Origin: Stylophora pistillata
Taxonomy: Eukaryota
Length of the DNA stretch: 64,000 bases
Direction of reading: 5' to 3'
Assembly: GCF_002571385.2 (NCBI RefSeq)
Contig: NW_019218411.1
Span: 81,750-145,749 of the forward strand
A model generated the notes under the pieces. That model was not told the DNA's origin. It did no database searches and saw nothing but the letters and a program-made list of their open reading frames with translations. The position numbers were made by a program, and so were the translations under genes. Positions within the stretch are counted from its first letter, which is position 1; every line of letters starts with the position of its first letter. This document shows positions 36,901-51,418 of this stretch, in pieces.

Positions 36901-38358
36901 ATCGGCTGTAGATCCCATGACAAGGCGACTTTCTTCCAAACAGGTGATTTAAATTAAACGTCAAGCGATTAGTGTCGAAGAAAATTGAGAAACCTGACAA
37001 TCTGTGTCGCCGACATGAACCAAGTAAAGATCGCAAAAAAACTTGCTATTTTATCATTCCCAACTATGCGATTTCTCCCAGCTATTTTTTAAAAAAAATA
37101 TGCAATTACAACGATTCACCGATATGGGTGGCGTGAATTGATTGGTGAATTAATCGAAGTGAAATCGATTATCTGAGTTTTACTTTCTCGCCACAAGCTA
37201 CTTAAATTGGGCGTCTTCTAGGAACTCAGTGACAGATATAAACTAGCCCTACAGGCACATAGTCTAAAAAGCGACCACTTTTTTCTTTCATTGTGCGTTT
37301 GTCACGACATTCCTCTTTTTAGTTTTTGTGGATTTTTTCTCCAATGTTTTGAAGTTTGCAAAATATTACGGAGTGCACTTTCTGCAACTGATGATGGATT
37401 TCGCCTTTTAATAGATGCTACTGTTAAAATTGCCACGGAAATAGTGGACTTGTTTTCTGGGCAGTTTTGCGTGAGAAATTCAAGTTTTTATATTTCACTT
37501 TGCAAGGTTATAAAAATGCTTAAAGAAGTGTTTCATGACCTCTTCTTGCCCTCGTTTTCTTCTTTACTGGCTATTTTCTTGCATTTTACGGGTGCCAAGT
37601 CCTCAAATTATGCAAAAACAAAAACAAAGAAACAAAAAAACAGAGCGACCTTGTGATAAATGTTTATCAGTCCTCTCATACTTAACTATATCTGTAAAGG
37701 CTTTAAACCGAAAAAAAGTGTCTGCCCCACGAAATTGTTCACAAAATCAAAGTGATACTTTAAATCATATTAAATTTTCAAAATGCTACCAGAAGAAGGG
37801 AACACCCGTCTGATTTACCAAAGCGATATAGTAGCTGTCTCTCCCTTTAGGGATGGAAAGTTCTAAGGTGAATTAAAAAGAACTGCAGTCGCCTTCTAAA
37901 AGGAAACTTGTAATCTTTTTTCAATTTTGAATAACTCGCAAATGACGTGGATGCTGTATACTTGTCCTGTTCGAGTCATGCATTTATCTGTAATATCACG
38001 TTGTGCATGCTTCCAAGTAGGCTTACGGTTACTTTTGAGACCCGAGGTTTAACGAGATGTCTGAGTCATTTTGTTCTTTCCTTTCGTCCTTAACCCTTAA
38101 TTTGTCCTAAGAGATTCATCTAACTCTCTCTCTCTCTCTCTCTCTCTCTTACTTTTTTTTTAAGGGTGTCCACCGCCATCTCCTGCTATTCCAAGAGTAC
38201 CTTTCACAGGAGTCCTTAGTCCCTTTCACCAGCAAGGTCTGCCCAACTTATTGTCGTCTATTTCTTCACCAAAGCCCGTGGGAACGATGGAAGTACCTCC
38301 ACTGCCACCCTACAGTGTTCACAGGGACTATACTGGCTCAACAATACCCTTCTTTTAA
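33929..38358 (+). CDS. TBX20: T-box transcription factor Tbx20-like, paralog A (~398 aa). Exons 33929-34016, 34186-34432, 34829-35102, 35525-35683, 36301-36377, 36786-36943, 38165-38358
   Basis: N-terminal eh1 motif [11 protein letters not shown]; T-box [23 protein letters not shown]...[20 protein letters not shown]...[12 protein letters not shown]...[15 protein letters not shown]...[28 protein letters not shown] (Tbx20-type residues); all junctions GT-AG and phase-consistent; last two exons less certain. Confidence 0.92.
38124..38148. repeat. (CT)n microsatellite in the polypyrimidine tract of the last intron of Tbx20-A
   Basis: CTCTCT... run just upstream of the acceptor at 38164. Confidence 0.9.
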
Positions 38359-41300
38359 ACTAGACGTGTATTACCTGCATTTCTTTTTTGGTTAACAAAG
38401 TATCCTCATCATGATCATGGTCTGTGAACACATTCTGGACCCTATCCTGCGCCGAGCCAGAAAGGTGTCTTAGTAATACCAAATATTTATCATACTCATT
38501 TCGCCGCTTGCTTTTGAAGAATTACAACATATTTTGTACAATATCGAGAGGCTAAAATGGCCTTTAAAAACTCGCTATCTTTAAGATCAAGAGATCATTT
38601 TTGTTGCTTGCTCTCAAGCTACTATGGTCATATTCCACCATTTTAAATTAGTATGTATTCAAGGTTGAACATATCCATTTAAGACATTTATATACCTTTC
38701 CTTTGGACATTGCATCCTCGAGCTCGCACCAATATATCTTCCCAGTAAACTATGTTACTTAGTGACGAAATTACTAGTTCACCCGTTTGTTTAAAGATGC
38801 TGGCAAACACAATTATTACTCAAAAACAATTTCATAGTATATAGCGTTATGTTCCTGAAGTTAAGTAAACCAAAGATGTTATATCGTCATAATAGCATTT
38901 ATTACACAGATATAGAATTCCTCCTTTTGAGCAGGTTGCGGTAGGTCTCATAGACCCTTTTACCTTAGAAATAATTTCAAGTTCGGTTGTAATCTAATGA
39001 TTTTTTGTCCTAATTTTGTACCAGATCAGACGAAATCCTATTTAATAAGGCCAACGATCTAATAAGTGTGAAAAGGCTGTCATTCCTTTTTGTTTTAATT
39101 AATTTTGCATTTGGAGAAACTTTATATGTGGCCTATTTATTGTTTTCATTTGGAATATCCCAGAAAAAGAAATGTGAACAAATGGAATTGTAAAAATTAA
39201 ACTATCGCCAATTAATTTTGATAATGCATCTTCATTAAAGCGTTTTTTTTGTATGATATCGATGCCCTTAATGTTTCTTCAGTATGTTTCAGTTTAGATC
39301 AACTTTAAAAGTTGAAAAGCAGAAACGACTAACATTCCCTCTCTCTATACCATAAGAGATCATAGCCAATGAACCAATTTTCTAGAGTTTACCGGGATGA
39401 GCTAACTTAATATTTATTCTGTGACTCTTGCCATTTGAAAAAAGACAGCAATTTTTTAAGGGGAATTAATGGGAAAAGCTAGCAGATCGGAGAGATTTCG
39501 GCCGCCATAGAGCTAATTCGCTTTGAGAAAAGTGCAAGCATAAGCCGTACAGCGTCTGTTGACTTTGCTGCTTAAAGGGTTAAGGGTTCCTTCGGGGAAA
39601 ACAGTAGAAGTTCTCAGGTTTACACTTTTGTATTAGCAATAAGATCTTCATTTCAGTTACGATAGTCATGCCAGCGTCCGATCAGAAAAGAGTCCATCTG
39701 CAACTTACTTAGTATGGTTTTGCCATTTAACAATGGAATACTGTCAACACCTCTACATCAACTCAGTTTTTTTTTTATCACGTGTTGAGAGTTGAAGAGT
39801 CAGCAAAAGGCAAAAGAGCTGTTAGTCGATTGGCTTCACATTATCCCAAGTGCATTACGTTATGGCCTAAGAGAGTTCCTGAGCCTCGAAGTTTACATCA
39901 GTATCATAGTTATAGAGCCACTGTGTCACCAACTACAAAAAAATCCGCAGAATATTCGGACAGATTATCCCTTCAATTAATCTGGTAAATTGATCTTAAT
40001 ATAAGCTGTGAACAGAAGCCGTGAAGATACGTAGATAACCCCGTGTCACGGGAATTGGCGGCATTGAACTGTCGAAGATGTTACCGACGGTTGGAAGCGG
40101 CTGAGATGTCCTGATAAGAGAAAATATGAGGCCATCAATACGGATCAACTAACAACAGATGGTCAGGTATGGAATTACCTCGGTCTCTTTTTCAGTGCCT
40201 GTGGACTCACTATTTAGTGAAAAGATGCTTACCTTTCTTTAAACTTTCATCATGAAAGTTGCAAGCCCTAAGTACTGCACTAGGTAACAATGATTTTGTT
40301 TCCACCGTGACAAGAATTCATGGTGGTTCCTATTTCCAAAGCAAATCGCTCGATAAAAATCATCGATTTGTTTATTCAATCATCACTTTATGTGCTTGTT
40401 TAAATATCTACATATTTTCATTCAGTTTTGAAAAAAAAGGCACAAAACGGCGAATGTAAAATTTATTCCTTTGATAACTCAGACGAACATCGTTACTTTT
40501 TTTAAATCTGTTGATCGAGCTTTAAAGGTTATTGAAACGGAGATAGCGTAAGTCCAACGTTCAAAAAGCAAGCATAGTGGTGATAAATCATTAGTTGCAC
40601 CATTGCATTTTTTTGTTTTGTTTTGTTTTAGTAGATTTACGCCATTTCTTTTGTTACAGTCGAAATCAAACAAATAATGTATTAATTTGCAATTTAAGAC
40701 CCCCAAGAAACTAATACGTTAAGCCGATTTTCATAAGTGGAACAGCTTACGTTCGGAGCATCAAAAATAAATGGTTTTTTTTCTTTGTGCAATTTATCTT
40801 TCAAAGTGAATCTTCGATGAAGGTTCCGCCAGTCGACGGACAGTCAGTCGATGGTATCAAAATTGACACCGAGATCGGAAAAGAGTTTGATCCGTCAATA
40901 AGGTAGCGTTTGACCCTTTATGGAAATAGCCATGGGAAGAACATCTTACCGATAATTTAAGGACACAAGATAGCGCTATTTAGTACATGTGTTTGTCATT
41001 CCTCTATCCCAAAAAGCATAGATAAATCTATATCAGGAGATTTCTTGAGGAAAAGCATTTAGAAAATGTCACCACCCAGCGCCTTATCAACCTCTAACCA
41101 GTGGCTTAGTATAGAGTAGCTTGCCTTAAAAGGCCCATTGTGGAAACCCTCTTGCTTTTTCACCCGATAAGTTCTCTTGTATCTCTCATTTCTATGAATC
41201 AACAAAAATTGAAAAAACCCTTCATTATTTCTCAAGAAAACGTTCTCGAACAATCTTTATGTCGGAATGGTGATTGAATAGCCACAACAACGATAACATT

Positions 41301-42717
41301 CCCTTCCTTAATATTGCGCATTAATTACTCAAATTGATGGTCGATCACCAAACTACACTCCAGATAAAAACAAACATGAACTCTGCCTTTTCATTATCCC
41401 CATTACGTTCCTATCATATATTAAAGGCTACGATCACAATTTCAATAGAACATTTAGTAGAGTCTGGCAGCGTTCAGTTAAAATGTGAATCGGAAGTGCT
41501 ATTAAGTTATCAGCTTTTTGATAACTGGAATACCAGATGTACGTAAACAAACTACGCATCATGTTGTCAGCACTTCACCTCATTCATTTTCATTAACCTT
41601 GTAAAAAATTATTTCCCCTGGTGCTAAATACGACTCACTTTGTTAAAGACAACAGCCTGGTGGTTCCTTCTGTCTTCTCCATGATTAGTTTTCACTCAAA
41701 CTCCCGATAAGTTTGAGAAAGTCAGCCGGCTTAAACTGGAAAATAGGGGAAGATAAGAGCACTATTTGAGTATGATTATGTTTGTATTTTCAATATATGT
41801 TGATAAAGGCGTATACCATATTGGGCCCAGCGAATCCTATTGCCTGAATGAGCCTCGGAAATTTCCTTCCAGGACTGTTTGAGGTGAGTGATTGAAAAGC
41901 TAGATTTTGGGCTCCAGACATCTTTGGCGTAGGCATTTTTGCAGCAGAGGCGATCCTTTTACTCTAAATTCAGTGCAATTGTTGTACCATTGGAGTGAAA
42001 GTTCAATAAATGCATACCATTGAAGGAATCTCTTATTGAACCCTTCTTTGTTCAATGTTGAACATCGTTCTCTTTGCAAGTCCTAGTAAAAGTATATAAC
42101 ACACTAATGTTTTATAACCAACTGGACATTCAAGAAGACAAGGTGCACTAGACAGGAAATATCTAGATCTTTATGGAAAATTCCAGGTCGTGTGTTATCT
42201 TTTCAATAATAGAAAAATATTCCCTCTTGCTTTTCAGATACTAAATTCTCCAGTGCGATATATCCATTTCTCATGCGAAAATAGCGGTAAAATCGTAGCT
42301 TATCCGTTTATTGTTACATTCTTTTTCCAGCAGTGCAGGTCACCAGAGGTTATGGCAGAGTAAGATAACAAATAGCTTGTCACCTTGTCCATACCCTATT
42401 TGGAATGCGCGTGATTTTTGCCCTCTGCGTCACACCAACTTTGAATTCATTCGTTCATAGGATTATTTTATTCACAGTCTTCTTTTAAATACAATTCTCG
42501 CCACCAACCGCAAATTGCTATTCCCCGGAATAGTATAAAGTTTGGTTTGTCTAAATCTGACGAGTGTTTTAACATCACCGCGTTAGTTTTGATTGGCTTA
42601 TGTAAGGCATAAGCCGAGATCCAATCAACAGTTACTTTAATAGCTGTTTATGACTTGTTTGTATGAATCAGTGGTAATATGAAGGGGTTTACGGCTCTGT
42701 GAATAGACCAGGACGTT

Positions 42718-45700
42718 ATGGCAGAGTGCTACGATCCAAGCAATGCACAATCAAATCTCTCTTCTAAGGCCACAGCATTTTCGATCGCGTCTTTGATGGC
42801 TTCGGATGAAACCGGTATTGCATCTCTCCTGCATTATTCTTGTTTCCTTGCTTATTGGCCTCAACGTAAACCATTAGTTTAGAGGCACATCTGGAAGCAA
42901 AATACAATGATGTAGTGACCCGCTCTTTTCTGAACTAGATATATTCATATAATAGGATCTATGGTGTCAAGCCCTTGAAACTGTTTCAGTTTTCAAATGA
43001 AGATCTCAAACGAATAATCGATACTAACCTGGCCCTCTTCGCACGGCGATGATATGTTTTCATAACTATCACGAATGCGACGAGAGGATGTCATTGCCCT
43101 ATCAACGAAAATGAAGCTACTTCCAGGCTGGTTTTTTACCTCTTAAACACATTACTATTTATTGTTTTTAGGAGCAGATGAGGCGAAGAGGAAGAAGCCT
43201 TGCGCTAATGAAGAGGTTCACGTGCAAGGCTCTGCATCTTCAAAGAGGCCCAGGTCCTGCGGAGGAATCAATATAGATAGCGTCTCAGATGCAACAACTT
43301 CTCTTAATTCAGGAGCCGTTGGAGATGTGGAGACTATTACTGCTACCTTGGAGAGTCGCGATCTATGGGATCGTTTCAACGAACTGGGTACAGAAATGAT
43401 AATAACGAAGTCCGGAAGGTAGGATTAAAATGTTGTGTCGTCTTAATACTGCTGAGAAGTCTTTTTCTGTTACAATGCTGCTTCTACTACTGGACTGTCT
43501 AGTTATAGAGAACTGTTTCATATCGATCAATGTTGCTGTTATGTACTGAAAAATTATCAAAACACAGTCGCGAGCATGTGTGAGAGATCCGCCACTTGAA
43601 TGACCGCAGACAACATAACAGTGAAGACAATTGTTTATGCTACCGACTGTAAGGTTAAGTGATCTCGGAAAATTTATAATGGGGAGAATTACCTTCATTG
43701 TAATATACAGAATTTGTAATTAAATTCGAGTATTCCGGGCGCGATAATGTGCTCTAAATGACTCCTTTCTTTCGAAAAGGCGACCGCAGAGGCGCAGATA
43801 CTTCACACCATGTTCTGTCTATTGCCTTACTGACAGGTATTGTAGATAGCATCCGAAACTGCTCACGAACGAACTTGCTAGTAGCAGTTTTAATCAAGGA
43901 AGAAAAGGGAAAATGGAGAAAATCCGTTTGACTTAGAGCTCAAGTTGCTTTTTGCGTTTAAAGTTTGAGACGATACTAAAAATCCTTCTTTTGGTTTGTC
44001 ATGAACCATGGACGGCTCGCACGTACGTGTTAAGAAACATTCCAAAGTGTTAGTTAAAACGACGGCCATGATGCAGAAGACTTCACTAAAAAACCCAAAG
44101 GATAATATTATAAATATTGTTCATAATGTAGAATATCACCATGATTGTGAAAATCGATTTGTCCGGAATAAGCTCTTACACTTAAGGTTATTATGCAATG
44201 TATTCATGGTGTCCAATATGGCACTTCGTTTCTTTCTCTGATTTTCGCTCATCATTGAAATAATTTAGGTATATCCTAAAACTATAAACATTTGATTGCA
44301 AAAATTGGCAAGATAGGAAGCAATAAAATCAGTTAAAGTGCCTTGAAATTAAAAAAACTTCCATCGCCTTTGCATTAAGGCGTTTCCGTGCTTTTCAGGA
44401 AATCCTATCCATTGTGCTTCTGTGTTCTTTCCTAGAGCTATTCCGGTGTTTGAAATCATTGCTTTGGTATTTCATGACTTTTCGTTTCATCCATGGAAAG
44501 TCACTTTCAACCAATGATCAGATGATCACTAAGAAAATATACTTTTGGGCAGTCCTACATTGAAAAACATTTCTACAGTGTGAGAGTGAACGGCAGACCT
44601 ATTGTACTTTTCCACTAAAACTTCGTACTTATTTCCCAATTCATGCAAAACGTATGATTGATCCATAACTAGTATTGTTTGACTGGGGAAGGATAATTAT
44701 GATTTTTAAGATTAACACTACGAACTTTATGGTTTGCTGACTTGATTTGCTAACTTCTCGGTAGCTTCTTGTAGGTGACATTTGGTATTTTGTTCCATCT
44801 ATTCAACTAAGTTGTAAACATGTTTGCCCTTCAGTTCTTGGTTATTTTGTTATGAATATTTTGCTCCACTTCCTATCATAGTGACTCTATATCGGATAAG
44901 TTTATTTTCAAACGTAGATGGTGCTATGCATTGCCCTTCTCTTAAAAGAGGCCATCTATGAATTTTGCAGAAGTGAGAGATCAGCTTGCAAGAGAAAGTT
45001 AGAAAAAAAAAAAACTATGGCAATCATTAAACTCATTAAAAAAAGGAGACACTGCACAAGAGTGTTATTACTGAGTTGATGTTTTTGCCTTTTAATCAAA
45101 AAGGAGAATGTTTCCAACCCTGAGAATATCGCTGAACGGTGTTAGCCTTGGGGCAAATTATATGGTTTTGATGGATATAGTGCCTGTCGATGACAAACGC
45201 TACAGATACGCCTACCACCGTTCGACTTGGCTTGTGGCGGGAAAAGCTGACCCACCAGCGCCTGTAAGACTCTACATGCACCCAGATTCCCCTTTTACTG
45301 GCGAGCAGTTGTTAAAACAGATCATATCGTTTGAAAAAGTGAAATTAACCAACAACACAACAGACCAGAATGGACATGTGAGTAAGAGAATACTTTATTT
45401 ATATTCTGCAGTATTCATCAAACGATACAACAAGCCGTTTGGGATGAAAGCGATTGTATGAAAACGAGAACAAGTATATATTTTTGCATGCTTTTCTTCA
45501 TATATAAACGATTTCGTGCAGACAAAAGCAGAACAAAGTCGCCGCAACTGGTTGGTGGGGCCTCTATCTCCGCCGGCTTCCACAGCAGATAACGGGCGGC
45601 GTTCCAAAAGCGGATAAGATTGGGTGGATAAATTGTTGGATTCTCCGGAGACTTTTTAACCATTTACAAACAGAAACACAAATCCATCACCCTATAGAGT

Positions 45701-48700
45701 TTTATAAAAGAGATTTACACCGTAGAATTTATATCAAATTCTTTTATAAGCTACTTTCATACCATACATTGCATCAAACTTCAACATGCCGAAGCTTGGA
45801 GATTCATAATCTATCTACTTGTAAACCAAGATAAACGTTTGCTTAGATTTGTTCGAGCTCACGAATTCCTCTTGAAAAATGGTACTATTTTAGCGTCTTG
45901 ACAAGAAGGTTTTGGCCAAGTAAGGTGATTGTATTCTAATCGAAGACCTTCGAAATTAAATTCTTTCCAGCAGCATCTTTGCAGAAACCTTCAATGTACA
46001 CGATAATCGCGATCACTGGCTGTTTATTGACAGGATTAAACTTAAGTTAGTTGTATTATGTCCTAAACACTGTCTATCCTTCAACAGATTGTTCTGAACT
46101 CCATGCACAAATATCAACCTCGAGTACACATTGTTAGAAAACGAGACCACACTGCTTCGGTAGTCGATCTTCACTCCAAAGAGGCGAAAACCTTCGATTT
46201 TCCTGAAACAAGCTTCATTGCTGTAACAGCATATCAAAACCAGCTGGTAAGAAGGCAATATTATCTTAACTAATCTTTACTAATTTACTAAAATGCCGAC
46301 TTGACAAAGACGACCCCCACTGTTTGAGAATAAGACGTCAACAAGCATTTATAAAAATAGACAAAAACTGTTGCTGGGTCACTTTGACTTCCAGAGTGCT
46401 TTTTGTATTCAAGGGGGGAGCTTTTCGATTTCATTCCAGACCAAAGTAAGAAAAGCTGTTTTCCTTTAATAGATTCGCTATAATTCGTCGTAAAAATAAG
46501 GCCACTAGAAACATCGCTAGGATCACGGTAGATGCCAAAGCTTAAAATAGTTTCAAAAATCCACACTTAAAATCGTCATTATGAGAATATCTCGGTGGGG
46601 GTGAGGGATTTTTCTCTTTTTTTTTAACCGTTCTATCCACTCCTGGCACACCCTCTCCTAATCTTATTTCGGTTGTGGCTAACAGCTTAACAGCAGGTCT
46701 GGGTCGATCTTGAGGTCCTATCTTTGTCACATTCCCCACCAGATCAATTAAAAGTGCATTTCTACACCATAAATTGCAGATTACACGTCTCAAAATTGAC
46801 AGCAACCCCTTTGCCAAGGGTTTTAGGGACTCAATAAGGATTTTGCCAATGCAAAGGTATGTTGCTACATTTTACATTGTAGAATGAACCATTCTTTTCC
46901 TCTAGGAGGAAAAATAATTTTTAATACTACAAAATATCTTAGACCTAGGAATTCGGACGTGCTTTCGTAAGTAGTTTAGCACGTCGGCAGCCTTTAACCT
47001 GAAGGAAACAGGTCCACAATATAAAGTAACCTAAATAAAAATACAATTAGTGTATGTCAGAGAGTCTTATTTATAGTGATTTGAAGGAATCGGGATATAA
47101 TACTATTAACGAGCTGGAGGAGGAAGGCTAATCAAATTGAACAAGATTTGTACTACCGAAAACAGGCTTATGGTAGTTAATATGAGAGTCACTAATACTT
47201 CCTACAGTATCCATTGTGTGGTAATACTTTTATTGTCTTTTTGTTTGTGTTTGTGGTCGTTATTGAAAGAAAATTAAAGCAGCCGCCCTCTTTATCGTGA
47301 CCTAGGCCCAGATATTTATTTCAAATGATACTTTGCACTTCAGTGATACTGACAATGTCTAGAGTGATCTATAAGTTTCAACTTCTTAGATGACACAAAT
47401 AACGGATTCCCCGGAGCAAATTTGGAAAAAAGAAATTACTATAATGAAAAATCAGTAAAACAATACTAATAAAATAATGGGTAAAACAAAACGCACCCAC
47501 TTAATTGATTATATATTCAATCGGGAAAATACCCAGTGATAGCAAATGAAGAGCTGAAATTCCTTTAGTATTTATATCTATATTAAAAACCAATCAAAAG
47601 CATGCATATCATGGTCTCGCTCTTTGTGCATCCTATCCCTAAAAGGGTATTTCTACTGAAAGGCCGTTGTCTGTTAACCCTTGCATACGGACATGTCGTT
47701 TTAATACAACATATTGAAAAAGAGGGAGCTTATAACAATAGGGTTTTTCCTCCAATTGTAAAGCATGATCAGTGTGGGATGATACTAGTTTCGGTCTTTA
47801 AAGCAGCTATGTGCTAATGAATTTATTACACCGGATGCAAATTGATCAAAAAGGTTCCAAAGAAATGTAAACAAAGTTACTTCAATAGAAATGCACAGGC
47901 AGAGCCCGCTAGTGTGCTCATCTTACGAGTTTAATTTCCCGTCCTGGCGTTTATACCAATTACGAACCATCTTACTTATTCATTTTTAGGGAGTGCCCCC
48001 ACAGAGCGGCGTACCGACAAGGTCATATAAACTCATTATCTGTCCCTGGTACTTATCTACCGAGTCATTTCTTACCTTCGGCTATTCTACAAAGTCATCA
48101 AATGGAGCAAAAAGACGTGCATTGCACAGGGTGCATGGCTAGTCTCAGCGAAGGTCAGTGTTTTTGTCTGGACGGTAGGAAATACTCGGTTATCTTCAAC
48201 TAAACGAACTTTTGGCGATTGATCCTGGATTAGTTAAGGTCTCTGTAATCACTGTCGCCAATGATACAATGTTTAAAGCCAAGTAAACAAACACAAAGAC
48301 AGACCGACAACAGACGGACAAGTGTTATAGCTGTGATAGCACAGTTTTACCATAATTAGCCTTTTATTTGGAGCTTATGGTATAAAGGTTACTCGATTGG
48401 ACCAATTGAACACAAATCATTTTAAAAAAATTTTATTTTGAACCTATTAGGAGAAAAGGAGCCAGAAAACAATTTGAGACTCTAGGAAAAGTAGATGCAC
48501 ATATGAATCAATAAATAAAGTAATGTAACAAAAAATAGACGTAAAAGCACAACAAAATGATAAAATTAAAGTCTTGTTTACAGTTTAATAACAGTACATT
48601 TTTCAAATCGCTACCAAGTTCAGTAACACCTACTGAATTTCAGGGTTTTGTAAGATGTAAACAGAAGACTTAAAAACTCAAAATTACCAGAAAGATATTG

Positions 48701-49581
48701 GTCTGCTATGGCCTGATTCTTGAATCTTTTCCAAACTTTCCTCGATACACACTGAAATACGATACCGAGCCCTCCGACATCAGAAAAACATAGGACTAAT
48801 ATTTCCAATCAGGAAATAACTAAAAGCGAAACAATGAGAAATTCCTTCCAGTTTAAAAGGTATGCAAGTCAATTTTAAGATGTCTTGTTGAAATCATTTC
48901 TGATATGTGTAACATTCATGTACTTATCGGGGAGCAAGGGAGGGATACACGTGGTTGTTAAAGATCGGTCAAGCAGGGAAGGGGGAAGGGATGGCCTTTC
49001 ACGCCATGAAAGTGAACGCCACTAGTGATTTAAAATTAAGTGTTCAACGTGCGTCGTTAATAACCTTTAAAAGGTATTAAACAGCAATTTCACCTCTCTA
49101 AACTTGAAAACATCCCAAAAATGTGCGGAATAATTAAAGGAAAGATTCAGGGGCAAATTCCAACCTTTGAGCATCTTAACTTCAACCACGAATTACAGAT
49201 AATTCTTTTTCTTTCCCGAAAATAATAATGCAATTTTCTCATGTCAAGACATCGCATTCACACTACCCAGGGGTTGCCCTTTTTAAATTATCAAAAGCTT
49301 CTCTAGAAAGAGGATTTTTAGCTTAAGGACCACACTCTCTTGCAAATTGACTTAGGAGCAGCAGCTCTTCGAAAATCCACAACAACAACCTCGGCCGCGA
49401 TTGTTTTGTTGTTTCTAAGGTATTCTTATAGAGTCATTTCTTTAAGCCACTGAGCTTCTCTCACTATTCGAGTTTGTTTTCTTTTTCATTATTAACAGTT
49501 TCAACTTTCAGTAACTACCAATGGTCGCCTTATCTCGCGGGAAAGAATGAACAACTTCTCCTGCTGAGACACCTTCAATGA
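42718..49581 (+). CDS. TBX20: T-box transcription factor Tbx20-like, paralog B (~366 aa). Exons 42718-42814, 43172-43418, 45104-45377, 46088-46246, 46780-46856, 47990-48153, 49499-49581
   Basis: eh1 motif [14 protein letters not shown]; complete T-box; exons 2-5 have the same lengths (247/274/159/77 nt) and phases as paralog A; terminal exon is a prediction. Confidence 0.9.
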
Positions 49582-51229
49582 GCTCTTGGATAGCCTATCA
49601 ATGTTGCTTGCATTTCTTATTCAAAGTAGATGAATCTTAATCACTTTATTTGCCTCGCATCCTCATGCATTGGGATAAATTCCACTAGTTTTGCATGCGG
49701 TTTCTTTCTGGTATAAAGTAGGGAAGTTGTAATTAAATAATAAGATTTATAAGTTTTAATCTTGGGTTGAAATGGGATTTAGATTAATATATTATCGAGC
49801 CAGGTGCCTGTTTTTATAATTATTCTGTGAAAAAGGTTTTTTTTTTTATAAAATTACAGCTTATATCTCATTAGATAGCGTCTTCTGGGACGTGTTAATT
49901 CAGACTCAGAAGGTTTACTAGTTCGTTGGTATAACCCGGAACGTAACACCTCAATTACAACATCATAGACGCCCTAGTTATGCTCACTCTTAAGTGTCTT
50001 TAACACTTGGTGGGCATTTTACGAAATGAGACGCTGAATGTTTTTTTTTATTATTATTACTATTTTTTTATTTTAAAGAAAACTGAGAAAGTAAGCAATG
50101 TGCAGATCATATGATAATCCGTATGAAAAAAAATCGGTAGGGTTTATGGAAGATTGTAACGGATTAAAAAAAGGGGATCATGGAGTAAAGCTAGTTTAAT
50201 TACATTAAAGGCTGGGGGAGAAATTAGATCACAGATATGCAAAAAATGCGTTGTTTGCTTATACGAACACCCTTCAAATACACCGATAGTTGGAAGCCAG
50301 AGGCATTGATTTCGTAATCAATCAGTTTTGGAGAAACTCCGTGGTATTTCCAATGTTAGGAAGCAAGAGTCGTCACAAGGGATTGTGTGAATGTTAGTTC
50401 AACCTTAAATTTCTTATTTCGATGTGAAAATTGGTTATAGCAATCTAATTCCACCTACCTGGAACAAAAAAATCATCATATTATTGTCAGAATAAGCAGA
50501 ACTTTTTGGTCATGAGAAATGCTTAAGCCTTGTATAGATCTGGGGTGACATACTCGAGAATAAATCCTCCCGACAAATTTTCTCGTTCACTGATTACTTG
50601 CTGAACCACTTTCTTCGTACTGGTCGATTGGTACCTGTCTCCTTAAAGGTAGTGGCTGTCTTTTCATAGCACTTTTTTTTTTCGATAGTTTTCATGCTCG
50701 ATTATCAAAAAAATTGATCCATAAGCTAATTAAAAAAATCCTTCTCCTAAAGAAGCTTCTGATAATTTGAAAAGGGCAGCTCCTGGGTAGTGTGAATGTG
50801 ATGTCTTGACAAGAGAAAATTGCATTATGACATTCTGGAAATTGTAAATGTCATCTATAATTCTTGATTGAAGTGGCGTTGTAAATATGCGATGAGTTTC
50901 ATGTCTTGTTATCATAAAAACAAACAAAAGCATACAGGCCAGCTAAAGGGAAAATAATCAGTGAGAATTGGAAAATGAAAGCTGGCCTCCTTGGCGATAT
51001 ATCATGAAACATGTCTAACTTACGTAAAAATATAAACAATCTCTGATTATAATAACATAACCAAAGTAGAGCGCGCGCTCTGATTGGTCAACTCAGTGTA
51101 CTGTCCGTGGGTGTACGCTGCTGACGTGAGCAAATGCAGAGGCTATTTTCCGCGTGCTTGTTTCTTCTGGTCACGTACGATTTCAGTGTTAGATCTCTTT
51201 TGCTATAATGTATTAATGTTATGTTATAG

Positions 51230-51418
51230 AACAAATGGTAAACACCACGGCGTACACTACTGAGTTATGGATGCACTTGATAGGTTTCCGAAGTACTCAA
51301 GAAGCTAGAGTCGCTCTCGGCTATCGCCTCGCGCGACTCTTATGCTTCTTTCGTGCTTAGCAACCTCCCGTGTGCATCCATAACTCAATGGTGTACGCTG
51401 TGGTGTTTACCATTTGTT
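51230..51418. repeat. Palindromic (fold-back) non-autonomous element
   Basis: AACAAATGGTAAACACCACGGCGTACAC...GAGTTATGGATGCAC / GTGCATCCATAACTC...GTGTACGCTGTGGTGTTTACCATTTGTT around the core CTCGGCTATCGCCTCG. Its upstream flank (GCGCGCGCTCTGATTGGTCAA, ~51070) also occurs at ~2070. Confidence 0.75.

Noticed and set aside
37291-37813. 121-aa and 92-aa ORFs inside the last Tbx20-A intron
   Set aside because: No recognisable motifs, and a phase-consistent gene model skips them.
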